Shown here: positions 37,346 to 50,677 of the stretch, one piece after another
Numbering within the stretch: position 1 is the first letter of the stretch
Layout of the letters: every line of letters begins with the position of its first letter
Source of the DNA: Dictyostelium discoideum
Taxonomy: Eukaryota
Length of the DNA: 64,000 nt
Reading direction: 5' to 3'
NCBI GenBank assembly: GCA_000004695.1
Contig: CM000151.3
Coordinates: forward strand, 3,904,001-3,968,000
Translations under genes and position numbers: made by a program
Notes under the pieces: model-generated
What the model was told of the DNA's origin: nothing
What the model saw: only the letters and a program-made list of their open reading frames with translations
Databases searched by the model: none

Positions 37346-38811
37346 ATGAACCTATACAACAATAGTAATAGTAGTGGTAGTAGTAATAGTAGTAGCAGCA
37401 GTAACAATAAAACTAATATTGACTATAATGATATAAATAATAATGATATCTTAACTCCCAAAGGATATCACACAAGTATATATATAGACGATAATGATTT
37501 AAATAATAATCAAATTATCAACAAAAATAATAACAACAACCATAATCGCAATAATAATAATAATAATAATAATAACAATAACCATAATAACCCGAAGAAA
37601 ATGGTAATAAATTTAAATCCATCTGGAATATTTATACCTTTAATGAATGATTTTGATGATGATGATGATGACGAACAAGAAAGTTTAATAAAAAATAATA
37701 AAATTACAATACCAACAATAAATTCACAAATAGCGATACCAATATTAAATAATAACGATAATAATAATAATAGTAATAATAAAACTGAACAAACAACAAC
37801 AACAACAACAATAATAAAGAATACAACGATTTTTAATAATAAAACTATTTCATTTGGTAGAATTGGATTTAGGTCAATTGTAATATTTTTAATATTAGTA
37901 CCATATATTTATATATTGAATTTTGCAATATTTCCATGGACAGTTAATTATGAAACAGAAAGAAAGGGTAAAATTCATAGTTTCATATCTATGGCATTGG
38001 TGATTCAAATGTTATGTAATTATTATTTATGTTCAACTACTGATCCTGGTAGTTTCAAAGACACCATATCACCATCATACTATCTATTACATCCAATCTC
38101 TTCAACCGATTCAAATGATCATAAGAAATGGTGTAACAAATGTAATCATCAAAAACCAGAACGAGCTCATCATTGTAGATATTGTAATAGATGTGTACTA
38201 AGAATGGATCATCATTGTCAATGGTTACAAAATTGTATTGGTTTATTTAATCAAAAATATTTTGTACTCTTTTTATTCTATACTTCAATATCAATTATTT
38301 ATTTCTTTACTTTATTAATTAAAAGATCAATTGAATTAGTAACAAAATATACAATGGTAATTATTATTATAATAATTATTATTATAATAATAATTATAAT
38401 AATAATAATAATATATTAGGATTAATTTAGAAATTATAATTTATTAACTTAATTTATTATTATTATTATTTTATAAAATAGGAAAAAACATTACCAAGTT
38501 TTGATTTATTACATTTATTTTTATTAGGAATTTTAATTATTATTTTAATTATAGCTGGTATTTCAATAATGGCATTGCTTTGGACTCAAATAGCATTAAT
38601 TAGTAAAGGTTTAACAACGATTGAACATGAAGATAAAAAAAGAAAATATCAACAACCAAATTATTTAAATTTATATAAAAAGTATGATAAAGGTTCAATA
38701 ATTTCAAATTTCTCAATTGTATTTGGAAATTTATCTTTTTTATGGTTATTACCAACCATACCAAATAATTTAAAAATAACTTCAAAAAAAGGTGACATTT
38801 TTATAGTTTAA
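37346..38811 (+). CDS. DHHC-type zinc-finger protein S-palmitoyltransferase; 2 exons, 446 aa
   Basis: Exon 1 is 37346..38356 (donor GTAATT) and exon 2 is 38482..38811 (acceptor AAATAG). Asn-rich N-terminus, TM helices, and the DHHC-CRD KWCNKCNHQKPERAHHCRYCNRCVLRMDHHCQWLQNCIGLFNQKYF. Further TM helices follow the intron. Confidence 0.85.
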
Positions 38812-38971
38812 TATATTAATATATTAAAAATAAAATAAAATAAAAAATTTATAAATTTTATATATATATATATATATATATGTATATAAAATATAAAATT
38901 TTAAAATCAAAAATTTAAAATTGTTTTTCTTTTTTTTTTTATAATATTATACAATTATTTTATTTGAATAT

Positions 38972-39006
<35 letters not shown>

Positions 39007-39085
39007 AAAGGAAATATATGTATATTAAAGATGTGATTTATTAATTCTATTATTACTATAGTTATTATTATTATTATTATTATTA

Positions 39086-39974
39086 TTATTGTTCGTCATC
39101 TGATAAATTTGCATTTAAATCTCTAACAACTTTAAATTCATTATAATGTGCTTTTCTTAAATTATCGAATTTCTTTTTATTTTCTTTCTTTTCTTCAGTT
39201 TCATCTTCATCTTCATCTTCATTATCATCATTATCATCGCTGTCACTTCTCATATGAATTTTTAAATTCTTTTTCTTTTTCTTTTTATCTTTTTCTTTTT
39301 CTTTTTCTTGTTGTTGTTCATCATTATCTGAATCCCATTCACTCTTTTCTTGTTGTTTATCTAAAGCATTTTGAAGTTCTAAAAATTTATTTTCTAAATA
39401 TTTTTTACTTTCGTCTAATAATAATAAATAATAATAATAAAAAAAAAAAAGAGAACAACAATTAATATTAAAGAGAGAGAGAGAGTAAATAAAATTTATA
39501 AATTATTAATAATTTACCTGTTTCTTCTTCAGATTCATAATAATGATAAGGTGTTTTTGGTTCATCAATTTTCATTGTTGAAGATTTATTCATATCATTA
39601 ATTGTTAAATTTTCTTCATCCCAAACTATCCTATTCTTTTTTGGTGGTGGTTGTGATTTATTCTTTAAGATACCTTTGGTTGGAGTATTACCTTTTAATG
39701 TACTATATGGTATGATTTTGAATTCACCATTACTTGAACTTTTTGTTAAATTTCGTTTCTTTTTATAAAGAAACTTTTGATTTTGTTTTTCATCTTCACT
39801 ACTTTCTTCATCTTCTGCTTCATCATCATCATCATCATCATTAGTTTCACCATCTATATTATACATATCATCATCTAAATCAGATTCTTCTTCTTCTCCT
39901 TGTTCCTCTTCTCCTTCAATTGCATCATCATCTTTATAATGATGTTCTTCTAAAAATTCTTCATCTTTATTCAT
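39086..39974 (-). CDS. Protein phosphatase 1 inhibitor-2 (IPP-2/PPP1R2) homologue; 2 exons, 261 aa
   Basis: Exon 1 is 39518..39974 (acidic N-terminus...KGILKNKSQPPPKKNRIVWDEENLTINDMNKSSTMKIDEPKTPYHYYESEEETG, phase 1, donor GTAAAT). Exon 2 is 39086..39414 (DESKKYLENKFLELQNAL...KKKFDNLRKAHYNEFKVVRDLNANLSDDEQ*). The KGILK, VxWDE, KIDEPKTPY and RKAHYNE motifs are I-2 hallmarks. Confidence 0.75.
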
Positions 39975-40330
39975 TATTTAAATTATTTTTATATTGGTTT
40001 TTTTTTATTTTATTTTTTTTTTTTTAAATTATGCTTATTAAAATAATTTATATTATTATTATTATTATAAGAATTATTATTATAATTATTATTATAATTA
40101 TTATTACTTTTTTATTTAAAATTTAAAATTATTTATTATTTATTTATTTAATTATTTATTTAATTAATTATTTTAAAAAATGTGTCTGTTGGTAGAATTA
40201 TTGTAAAATGAAATTAAAAAAAAAAAAAAAAAAAAAAATAAAGATTTTTTTTTTTTTAAACAAAATAAATTGTGAATTGGAAAAAAAAAAAAATTAAATG
40301 AAATTAAAAAAAAAAGAAAAACAAAAATTG

Positions 40331-40335
<5 letters not shown>

Positions 40336-40405
<70 letters not shown>
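40336..40405. repeat. A70 homopolymer run (longest in window); typical Dictyostelium intergenic homopolymer
   Basis: Direct reading. Other long runs: T60 2658-2717, T49 3744-3792, T55 24473-24527, A47 31020-31067 (inside LRR-gene intron 1). Confidence 0.95.
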
Positions 40406-40409
<4 letters not shown>

Positions 40410-40534
40410 TGTTTGGAAGGGGGTGAGATATTTTTAAAATCTGGAAATTTTTTTTATTAATAAATTAAAATTTGTTAAAGTATGTGTTGTATGTTTGTGT
40501 GTGAGAGGGGATGAATGGATTTCATTTAATTCCT

Positions 40535-41071
40535 TTATTCTGAAGGGAGTTTTGAATTTTCACTTTGGTAAACATATTCACTAACAATCTTTGGAGAGAT
40601 GGTTGTTGAAGTTGAAGATGATGGTGCTGATGTTTCTTTAATAATTGTTGGAATGATTATATTCTTTTCAGCAGGTTGAGTTTGAGGGTTTTCATAAAAA
40701 GTAGTTGATGTTGAAGTTGAAGTTGATAAATCACCAGCATTGGTTGTGTTACTAGAGACATAAGTTGACTTTTGTTGAATTGGACTATTAGTTTCACTAA
40801 CACTTAATCTCTTGAAAGATGATGATGTACCTTCATCCATTTTTAAATCATCAATTTTTGTACCTTTTGGAACTTCATAAGTTGTTGTGGTAGTTGTTGT
40901 TGTAGTTTCTTCAATGGTTTGTTCACTTTCTTTATCATCATTAGATGATGCATCATCTTTTTCATCAAAAATAATTGAACCATGTGGTACTGGATAATTA
41001 TGATCTTTTGGAATCCAATTTGAATGATATTTTTCATAAGTTGGTGGTAACTATTTTTAAAAAAAATTTTT

Positions 41072-41102
<31 letters not shown>

Positions 41103-41105
41103 TGT

Positions 41106-41138
<33 letters not shown>

Positions 41139-41986
41139 AGTAATAATAAAACAAACATACAGATTGATCAATTAAACCAAATCTTGAATGTAATTTTTCT
41201 TTAACTGGTTTTTGGTCCAAACTTAATCTAAAACTATGAACTACTTCATAACCATGATTAAAGAAACTTTGTAAATCAAATAACAATTGTCTTGAGAAAT
41301 GAAGATTATCGACACTCTTGAATTCCAAATCTCTAATATCATGTTGATATTTACGATAACTATCATCATAGATAATTGTAGCTTTTTCAGCAACAGCTTC
41401 TTTCTATAAAATTAAAAAAAAAAAAAAAATAGATTTATTAATAATTATTATTATAATTAGTTTTTTAAAATAATTATTTTTACAAAAAATTAATTTTAAT
41501 TACCTTTTTTAAAGTTGTTGGATTGGTTTTAGATTTTGATCTATATTTATCCAATTTATGAGTAGCATGATCGGCACGAACTCTATTGTTTTCCATTTGG
41601 TGGTTTTGTTTCTTTAATTTTTCAACAGAATGATGAGAGATGATTTCAGCATTATCATGAATTCCAATTTTAGTGGTTTTGAGAATTGGAAACATAAGAT
41701 TTTGAAGTCTATGGAAACCTTCGGATAATTCATGAATTCTTGAATTATCAATATAGAGACCACCACCGAAACTGTTAATGGTATTGGCTAATACCTCCCA
41801 TTTGGTTTGCATATCTTGAACTGAATCCATCCATGATTCAGAATGGTCTGCCAATAATTGATAATCGGATCTAATTATTTTACTCTCTGATTTTAATGAT
41901 TTTGGATGATTACCATCTTGAACTGAATGATCCTGATGATGAACATGTTCTTGAGTTTTATAAATTCTATTTTTAACTGATTCCAT
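40535..41986 (-). CDS. Hypothetical protein with N-terminal BAR-domain-like coiled region and Ser/Thr-rich C-terminus; 3 exons, 413 aa
   Basis: Exon 1 is 41504..41986 (MESVKNRIYKTQEHV...ADHATHKLDKYRSKSKTNPTTLKK, donor GTAATT). Exon 2 is 41161..41403 (KEAVAEKATIIYDDSYRKYQHDIRDLEFKSVDNLHFSRQLLFDLQSFFNHGYEVVHSF...LIDQS, donor GTATGT; track 'M' at 41328 is TTG). Exon 3 is 40535..41050 (LPPTYEKYHSNW...T8...KLPSE*). The helix pattern resembles the endophilin/amphiphysin BAR (KRLDLDAAKTRLKKAK.. / ..FDRQAEITRLLLEG..). Function inferred only weakly. Confidence 0.5.
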
Positions 41987-41991
41987 AATTT

Positions 41992-42029
<38 letters not shown>

Positions 42030-42313
42030 ATTATATAAGTTTTGTAATTTTATAAAGATAATATTATTATTTAAAGTGTTGGTATATTTTATTTTTTATT
42101 TAATTTTATTTAATATAGATAATAATATATTATTTATAAATTATATAAAATTGTTTAATTTTTTTAATTTTTGAAAATGAATGACAAAACAAAATTTTAC
42201 ATTTTATACAATACTTTTAGATTTGAAAAAAAAATATCAAGATCATTAATTATCCAATTTTGGTAAAATAAAAATTTAATTTTTTTTTTTTGTTTTTTTA
42301 AATTTAAAATTTC

Positions 42314-42842
42314 TAAAAAAAGAATTTTTTGTGGTTTACTAATTTTTTATCCTTGGAATTAATTTTATTTTTTTTATTTTTTTTTTTTTATTTTTTTATT
42401 TTTTTATTTTTTTATTTTTTTTTATAGTAAAAACTTTTTTATTATTTTTTTTATTTTTTTTATTTTTTTTTTGTAAAACCACAAGATTTACAAAAATTAA
42501 ATTAAATAAAATAAAAATAAATTAAAAAAAAAAGTTTTTACTAAAAAAAAGAATTTTTTGTGGTTTACTAATTTTTTATATTCGGTATTATTTTTTTTAT
42601 TTTTTTTTTTATTTTTCTATTTTTTATTTTATTTTATTTTATTTTTATTTTATAACCTGGGTATTAAATAAATTATTTTAAAATAAAATTTAAATTTATA
42701 TAACTTTTTTTTTTTTTTTTTTTTTTTTATTATTAGAATTTTAATATGAAGTTGGAGTATTAATATGGTTATTATAACTATCATTTTCTAAATTTAAAGA
42801 TTTATTAAATAAATTATTTTAAAATAAGATTTAAATTTAGTA
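42314..42842. repeat. Cluster of local tandem duplications downstream of the MFS gene: a 40-bp direct repeat (x2, 227 bp apart) and 1.5 extra degenerate copies of the MFS 3' end (C-terminal codons + 3' UTR)
   Basis: X repeats: 42314-42352 and 42541-42580 (CTAAAAAAAGAATTTTTTGTGGTTTACTAATTTTTTAT). Y copies: 42729-42842 (TATTATTAGAATTTTAATATGAAGTTGGAGTATTAATATGGTT...TTTTCTAAATTTAAAGATTTATTAAATAAATTATTTTAAAATAAGATTTAAATTTAG), which parallels the real gene end at 42868-43030 (TATTATTAGAATTTGAGGAGGATGAAGTTGGAGTATTAATATTGTT...TTTTCTAAATTTAATGATTTATTA), and a partial copy at 42655-42707. The rc of the copy reads ..NKSLNLENDSYNNHINTPTSY*, against the real ..NKSLNLENNND..NINTPTSSSSNSNNKII*. T25 lies between copies. 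Confidence 0.8.
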
Positions 42843-42870
42843 ATTTTTTTTTTTGTTTCTAATAAATATT

Positions 42871-44811
<1,941 letters not shown>

Positions 44812-45050
44812 TATATTTTTATTTTTTTTAAATAAAACAATAGATGTGGACGTCGATTTTTAATTATTTATTTTTAAACGTTTTTTGTTTTTAATTTTTT
44901 AATTTTTAATTTTTAAATTGTTTTTTTTTTTTTTTTTTTTTTTTATCAATAGGAATAATCTTTGTTTTGGATAATACTATGGAAATGTTTTGGATAAAAA
45001 GTTAAAATACTAATACAAAAAAAGTTATTGTTTACAGGGTTGGCCGGATT

Positions 45051-45171
45051 TAAAAATTTAGCATTAAAGTGGTGAAAAGTAATATTTTATGCGGCGTAGG
45101 TGAGTTTATAACTCCTTTTTTTTTTTTTTTTTTACTTTTATTTTTTTTTATTTACTTTTATTTCTGCAGCT
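45051..45171. promoter_or_regulatory. Copy 2 of the conserved bipartite module, in the MFS/mppA divergent promoter
   Basis: Block 45051..45103 TAAAAATTTAGCATTAAAGTGGTGAAAAGTAATATTTTATGCGGCGTAGGTG; box 45153..45171 TCTGCAGCTCCCCTTATTG, 50 nt after the block (54 nt in copy 1). It lies 240 bp upstream of the minus-strand MFS ATG and 430 bp upstream of the mppA ATG. Confidence 0.45.
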
Positions 45172-45603
45172 CCCCTTATTGTTTAAATCACACACACACA
45201 TTTTTTAAAAAAAATTATTTTTAATTTAATTTTTTTTTATAAAGAAAAAAAAAAAAATATTAATAAAAAAAATTAAAGAAGATCGAAATTTCAAGAAGTG
45301 AATAGTAATAATAATATTTTTATCTTTCAATCATTATTCTTTGGAAAAAAAAAAAATAAAAAAATAAAAATAAAAAAAAAAAAAATAAAAATTAATCACA
45401 ATAGCGATTTTCGTTTTTTCCAAAGTTTCACTTTTTTTTTTTTTAAAATTTTTTTTTTTTTTATTAATTAAAAAAAGAAATTCAATTTTTTTTTTTTTTT
45501 TTTTTTTGGCAGATCCCAATTTTATTTGCAAAAAAAAAAAAAAAAAAAATTAAATTGTGATTGTCACATAAAAAAAAAAAAAAAAATAAATAAATAAAAT
45601 AAA

Positions 45604-47568
45604 ATGAATATTATTTTTTTAAAAGTCCCCTCAATTTTTAAAAAATTAAATGTGGGAAATATTAAAATTTTAAATGTAAATCAAAATAGCCCATCTATAA
45701 TAGTAAATAGTAATAATACAAAGAGTATTAAAAATCATAATTATTCATCTTTTACAAATAATAACAATAATAATAATAAAAATCAAGTAAATTTAGTTCA
45801 AAATAAATCAATATTATCATCATCATCATCATATAAAGGGAATAATAATAATAATAATAAATTATCATACACAACATCATCAAATAATAATAATAATAAT
45901 AAAATTGAAGAAATTGTTAAATCAACAACAGTTTCACCATTTACACCATTAAATATTTTACATCCAAAATTAGTTGGTGAAAAACTTTATAGTAATGATA
46001 ATGAAGCAAATAATAATCAAAAAGAGTTTAAAGCAGAGATATCAACATTACCAAATGGGATTAGAGTAGTTTCAAAACAAACTCATGAAGGTGTTTGTGC
46101 AATTGGGTTATATATAAATGCAGGTACAAAATATGAGTCACCCCAAGATAGAGGTGTATTTAATTTATTAGAGAAAATGACATTTAAAGAAACAAAAAAC
46201 AATTCCACCTCAGAGATTATTAAAGAGTTGGAAGAGATCTCAATGAATGCAATGGCATCCTCAAGTAGGGAGATGATTAATGTTTCATTGGAAGTGTTAA
46301 GAAAAGATTTAGAATTCGTATTGAGTATCCTATCAGACCAAATTAAATCACCAACCTATTCAGAGGAGGAGCTTAGGGAGCAAATCGAAGTTTGTATTAG
46401 AAACTATGAAATGATTACAAATTCATCATCTGATCAATTAATGACAGAGATTTTAATGGGTGTTGCATTTGGTGATGCCGGTTTAGGCAATTTAGTGATT
46501 GCAACACCTGAACAATACCAAAACATCACTCGTGAGAAACTATTTGATGCATTAAGAAAATATTATGTTGGTAAGAATATAGTTATCAGTGTCACTGGTG
46601 CTGAACATTCACAAGTAATCGAATTGGTTGATAAATATTTCGGTGATATTCCATTCACTCAAAAAGATACCCCATCTGAAGATTCAATAGATAGTACTAT
46701 CACCTATAAAGGTGGTACAGATGCTTGTGTCGCTGGTTTAATTCATAAAAATCATTTAAAATCTCAATTACAATTTTTAATTGAAAAACAACAAAAATTA
46801 AAACAACAACAACAACAACAACAACCACAACCACAAAATTCAAATATAGATGATAATGATAATGAAGAAGAATTATTAAATTTAGAAATTGAACAAACTA
46901 AAATTTCAATTGAACAATTAGAATTACAACAAGTTAAAGAATCATCTTGGATTATTGCATTCCCACATAGTGGTTTATCAACAGTTGCAGAGAATAAAGA
47001 TATTATTAATGGATTGGTATTACAGTCATTGTTGGGTGGTGGCAGTTCTTATTCTACTGGTGGTCCAGGTAAGGGTATGCAAAGTAGATTGAATTTGAAT
47101 GTAGTTTATTCTTCACATAGGGTAAAGAATTGTCATGCATTTTTATTCGTTTTTAATAAAGTTAGTTTATTTGGAATTAGTTTAACAACTCAATCAGGTT
47201 TTCTTCAAGACGGTATCGAATTGGTACTTCAAGAATTGTTAATGTTAAGATCATCAATGACTCAACAAGAATTGGAACGTGCTAAACGTTCTCAAAAATC
47301 ACAAATCCTTCAAAATTTAGAAATGAGAAGTGTTCAATGTGATGATATGGCTAGACATATCCTATCTTTTGGCTCCTATAAATCACCTGAACAAATTTGT
47401 AAACTCATTGATTCCGTCACTTTGGATGATATTAAAAAATTAATTTCAAAACTAGCTCAATCAAATCCTTCCGTAGTTTCAATAGTTGCAAATGAAAATG
47501 AACCAATCTTAACTGCTGAACAATATAATCAAATTGTTAAACAAAATTCTTCAACTTTATTTAAATAA
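45604..47568 (+). CDS. mppA: Mitochondrial processing peptidase alpha subunit (M16 family, non-catalytic); single exon, 654 aa
   Basis: Continuous ORF with an N-terminal Asn/Ser-rich presequence region. M16 domains: LPNGIRVVSKQTHEGVCAIGLYINAGTKYESPQDRGVFNLLEKMTFKETKN...GLGNLVIATPEQYQNITREKLFDALRKYY...; a poly-Gln insert; and a Gly-rich loop LLGGGSSYSTGGPGKGMQSRL characteristic of alpha-MPP. The 654-aa length matches the described Dictyostelium alpha-MPP. Confidence 0.9.
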   Translation: MNIIFLKVPSIFKKLNVGNIKILNVNQNSPSIIVNSNNTKSIKNHNYSSFTNNNNNNNKNQVNLVQNKSILSSSSSYKGNNNNNNKLSYTTSSNNNNNNKIEEIVKSTTVSPFTPLNILHPKLVGEKLYSNDNEANNNQKEFKAEISTLPNGIRVVSKQTHEGVCAIGLYINAGTKYESPQDRGVFNLLEKMTFKETKNNSTSEIIKELEEISMNAMASSSREMINVSLEVLRKDLEFVLSILSDQIKSPTYSEEELREQIEVCIRNYEMITNSSSDQLMTEILMGVAFGDAGLGNLVIATPEQYQNITREKLFDALRKYYVGKNIVISVTGAEHSQVIELVDKYFGDIPFTQKDTPSEDSIDSTITYKGGTDACVAGLIHKNHLKSQLQFLIEKQQKLKQQQQQQQPQPQNSNIDDNDNEEELLNLEIEQTKISIEQLELQQVKESSWIIAFPHSGLSTVAENKDIINGLVLQSLLGGGSSYSTGGPGKGMQSRLNLNVVYSSHRVKNCHAFLFVFNKVSLFGISLTTQSGFLQDGIELVLQELLMLRSSMTQQELERAKRSQKSQILQNLEMRSVQCDDMARHILSFGSYKSPEQICKLIDSVTLDDIKKLISKLAQSNPSVVSIVANENEPILTAEQYNQIVKQNSSTLFK

Positions 47569-48987
47569 ATTAGAATAGTAATAAATAATTAATAATTAAT
47601 AAATAAAAATAAAAATAAAAATTAATAAAAATTTCATTACTAGTAGTTAGTATTTTTATTTATTATATTTGAATGATATCTATTAAATAAATACAAATAA
47701 TATTTATAATAATAATATAAACAATTCCCTTTATTATTATTTTTATTTTTTTTGAAATTTATTTTTAATTTATTATTTATTAATCTAAACAATTGAATTA
47801 TTGGGTTTTATTGGTTTTGAATGAAATAAAATAAAAAATAAGATATAATTTAAGATACAAAACACAGAATTTCATATTGGATAAATTTAAATCAGATTTA
47901 AATTGTTTTGTTTTTTTGGGGGATACTTTGAATATAAATATATCTTTTGATCAAGACATCAGTTTTTTTTTTTAAAAAACTCTCCTTACACACCCCACTT
48001 CAATTTATTATTTTAAGTTTATTTTTTTTTTTTTTTTTTTTTTATAATTATTTTTTTTTTTTTTTGGCTAAATAAATTATTCTGTTTTAAATTATTAAAA
48101 TATTAATAATGATAAACTAATTAAATAAAAAATAAACGTTAAAATTGTGAGCAGAAATTATGAATTTGGTTTGAAAATATAAAAAATATTAGAATAAATG
48201 CAATTATTAGACATCTTCAAAGTGAAAGAAAAAGAGATTAAAATATTTCAGATTTCAACAGATAATAAAATTTTTTTTATATTGACTTTCATTTAAAAAA
48301 AAGTTATTATCAATAACAAAAAATGAATATTATTTGAAAAGGTTAAACAATTAATTTATTATTTAAAAAAAATGTTAAATAAAATGGGTTTCTAAAAATT
48401 AGAAAATTGAACTGAAGATATCCAAATGAATATCAGCATTCAATAAACCAAGTACTTGATTACATACATTTAATAAAAAGCAAATTTTAAATTATAAGCA
48501 ATAATTTATAATTTATAAATTATTTAATTTAATAAATGTTATTGGAAAAAAGATAAAAAATAAATTTAAAAAATTAATTTAATTTAACCTCTTTATTTTA
48601 AAAAAAAAATATATAAATAATTAAAAAAAAATTCTATAGAAACTATAATCAATTTATTGATTTTATATGATTATAGTTTATAAATTGGCAAATTTACTTT
48701 TTTAATTTTTTAAAAGTAAAGATTTATAATTTTTCTTGGTAAAAAAAAAAGTAAAAATAAAAATAAAAAAATTTAAAAAACGTTAATGTATTTATCTCCA
48801 TTTATTTATTTATTTGAGTGAGTGGTTATTTTTACTTGGTTCATCAAAAAATAAATTAATTAAAAAAATATAAAAAAAAAACTAATTAAACACAAAAAAA
48901 CAAAAAAATAAAAAAAAAAAAATTAAAAATAATTTTAACAGTTTTTTTAATTAAGTTTATTTATCTATATTTTTTTAAATAATTAAA

Positions 48988-49791
48988 ATGATAACAAAAG
49001 TGGAATATTTAATAAACCCAGATACCCAATTTAAAAATGGACCCATTTCAATTATTCTTGGTTATGCAGGAAGTACACTCAGAGTATTAAAAAATTATGC
49101 AAAAATTTGGCATGACAGAGGATTTAATGCTATTTTATTACCACATTCAATGTATGTAAAAAAAAATTAATAATATTATAAATTGGAAAAATTAAAATAA
49201 AGAATTCTAATTCTTTATTTTTTTTTTTTTTTTTTTTTTTTAAAAAGTGATACTTCTTGTGTATTTAATGAAGAAATGGAATTAATTATTTTTAAATATT
49301 TAGAAGATTATTTTAAAAATAAAAACAACAAAAGAATGATTTGTTTTCATGTACTATCAGCTGGATCAATGTTTTTAGGAAAATTACTTGAATCTATGAA
49401 AAAAAAAAATGAATTTAATTATTTATTTAGTTTAATAAAAGGAGTGGTTTATGATAGTGCACCATTGTTAGATGAAAATGATTCATTATGTGGTACATTA
49501 TTAGCTGCTGGTGTAAATATTTTTAATATTGATGAAAATTTCGTACAAACTAAAATTGATAAATTATTTTTAGAATCATTTTTTCATATATGGAAAAAAA
49601 TGACAACGATCTATTATTCCCAATTAATTTCACCATTAAATAAATGGCCACATTTAATTATATATTCACCAAATGATTTCGTTATTTTATCAATTTATGA
49701 TTTTATTGATCAAATTAAATTAATTCCGGGAATGAAAGAATTTAAAGATTTTAAGAATAACAATGAAAATAATTATAATAATAATAATATT

Positions 49792-49863
<72 letters not shown>

Positions 49864-50022
49864 TTTTTAAATAGTTTATACATTATTGAAAAAGTTTTCC
49901 AAAGTGAACATTGTAAACACCTCCTAAAAAATCCAAAAGAATATATTGAATCAGTTAATCAATTAATTGATTTAGCATTTTTAAATGAAAAAAATCAATT
50001 ACAATCATTAATTAAATTATAA
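48988..50022 (+). CDS. TMEM53/DUF829 family alpha/beta-hydrolase-fold protein; 2 exons, 312 aa
   Basis: Exon 1 is 48988..49151 (MITKVEYLINPDTQFKNGPISIILGYAGSTLRVLKNYAKIWHDRGFNAILLPHS+AT, phase 2, donor GTATGT). Exon 2 is 49248..50022 (I DTSCVF...MICFHVLSAGSMFLG...VVYDSAPLL...WPHLIIYSPNDFVILS...N27...*). Matches to human TMEM53: [52 protein letters not shown] and WPELYLYSRADEVVL. Confidence 0.7.
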
Positions 50023-50132
50023 TTTAAAAAATAAAAAAATAAGCCTAGAAAAAAAGAAATTATAATTTAATTTGAAATTAATTAATAATTTAATTTGAAA
50101 AACAAGTCCCAACTTTTTTTGCTTGTAATCCC

Positions 50133-50163
<31 letters not shown>

Positions 50164-50677
50164 CAATTATTTCAAGTCATCGGGAAAAATAAAAAAAAAA
50201 AATAAAAAAAAAAAAAATAAAAAAAAAAAAAAAATGAAAAGGTTTATTTACGAAAATAAATGCCGAAACTGGCGAAACGTTTTTTATAATTATTTTTTAA
50301 AATTTTTTTTTTATTAGTATCGCATAAAATAAAATTAAAAAAAAAAAAAAAAAAAATTAATAATAATATCAATTTTTAACATTTATCATACTCTCTCTCT
50401 CTGTTACTTCATATATTATAAAAAAAGAATATTTTTTTTTTTTGTAAAATTTTTAAACTCAATTTAAATCACACTTCATCTCATTTTACCCCTTTACATT
50501 TTTACACTTTTTTCAAAAAAATTTTTTTTTTTATTTTTAATTAAAAAAAAAAAAATAAAAATAAAAATAAAAACAAAAATAAAAAACAAAAAATAAAAAT
50601 AATAATAATAATTTAAAATAAAGTAAACAAATAAATAATAAATAAAATAAAATAAATATAATAAAAAAAAAAAAAAA

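Noticed and set aside
48190-48290. 31-codon ORF ATGCAATTATTAGACATCTTCAAAGTGAAAG... in the mppA-DUF829 spacer, and similar ORFs under 35 codons at 3000-3100 and 61195-61255
   Set aside because: Short, AT-rich, no hydrophobic or compositional coding signal and no adjacent splice sites. Indistinguishable from chance.
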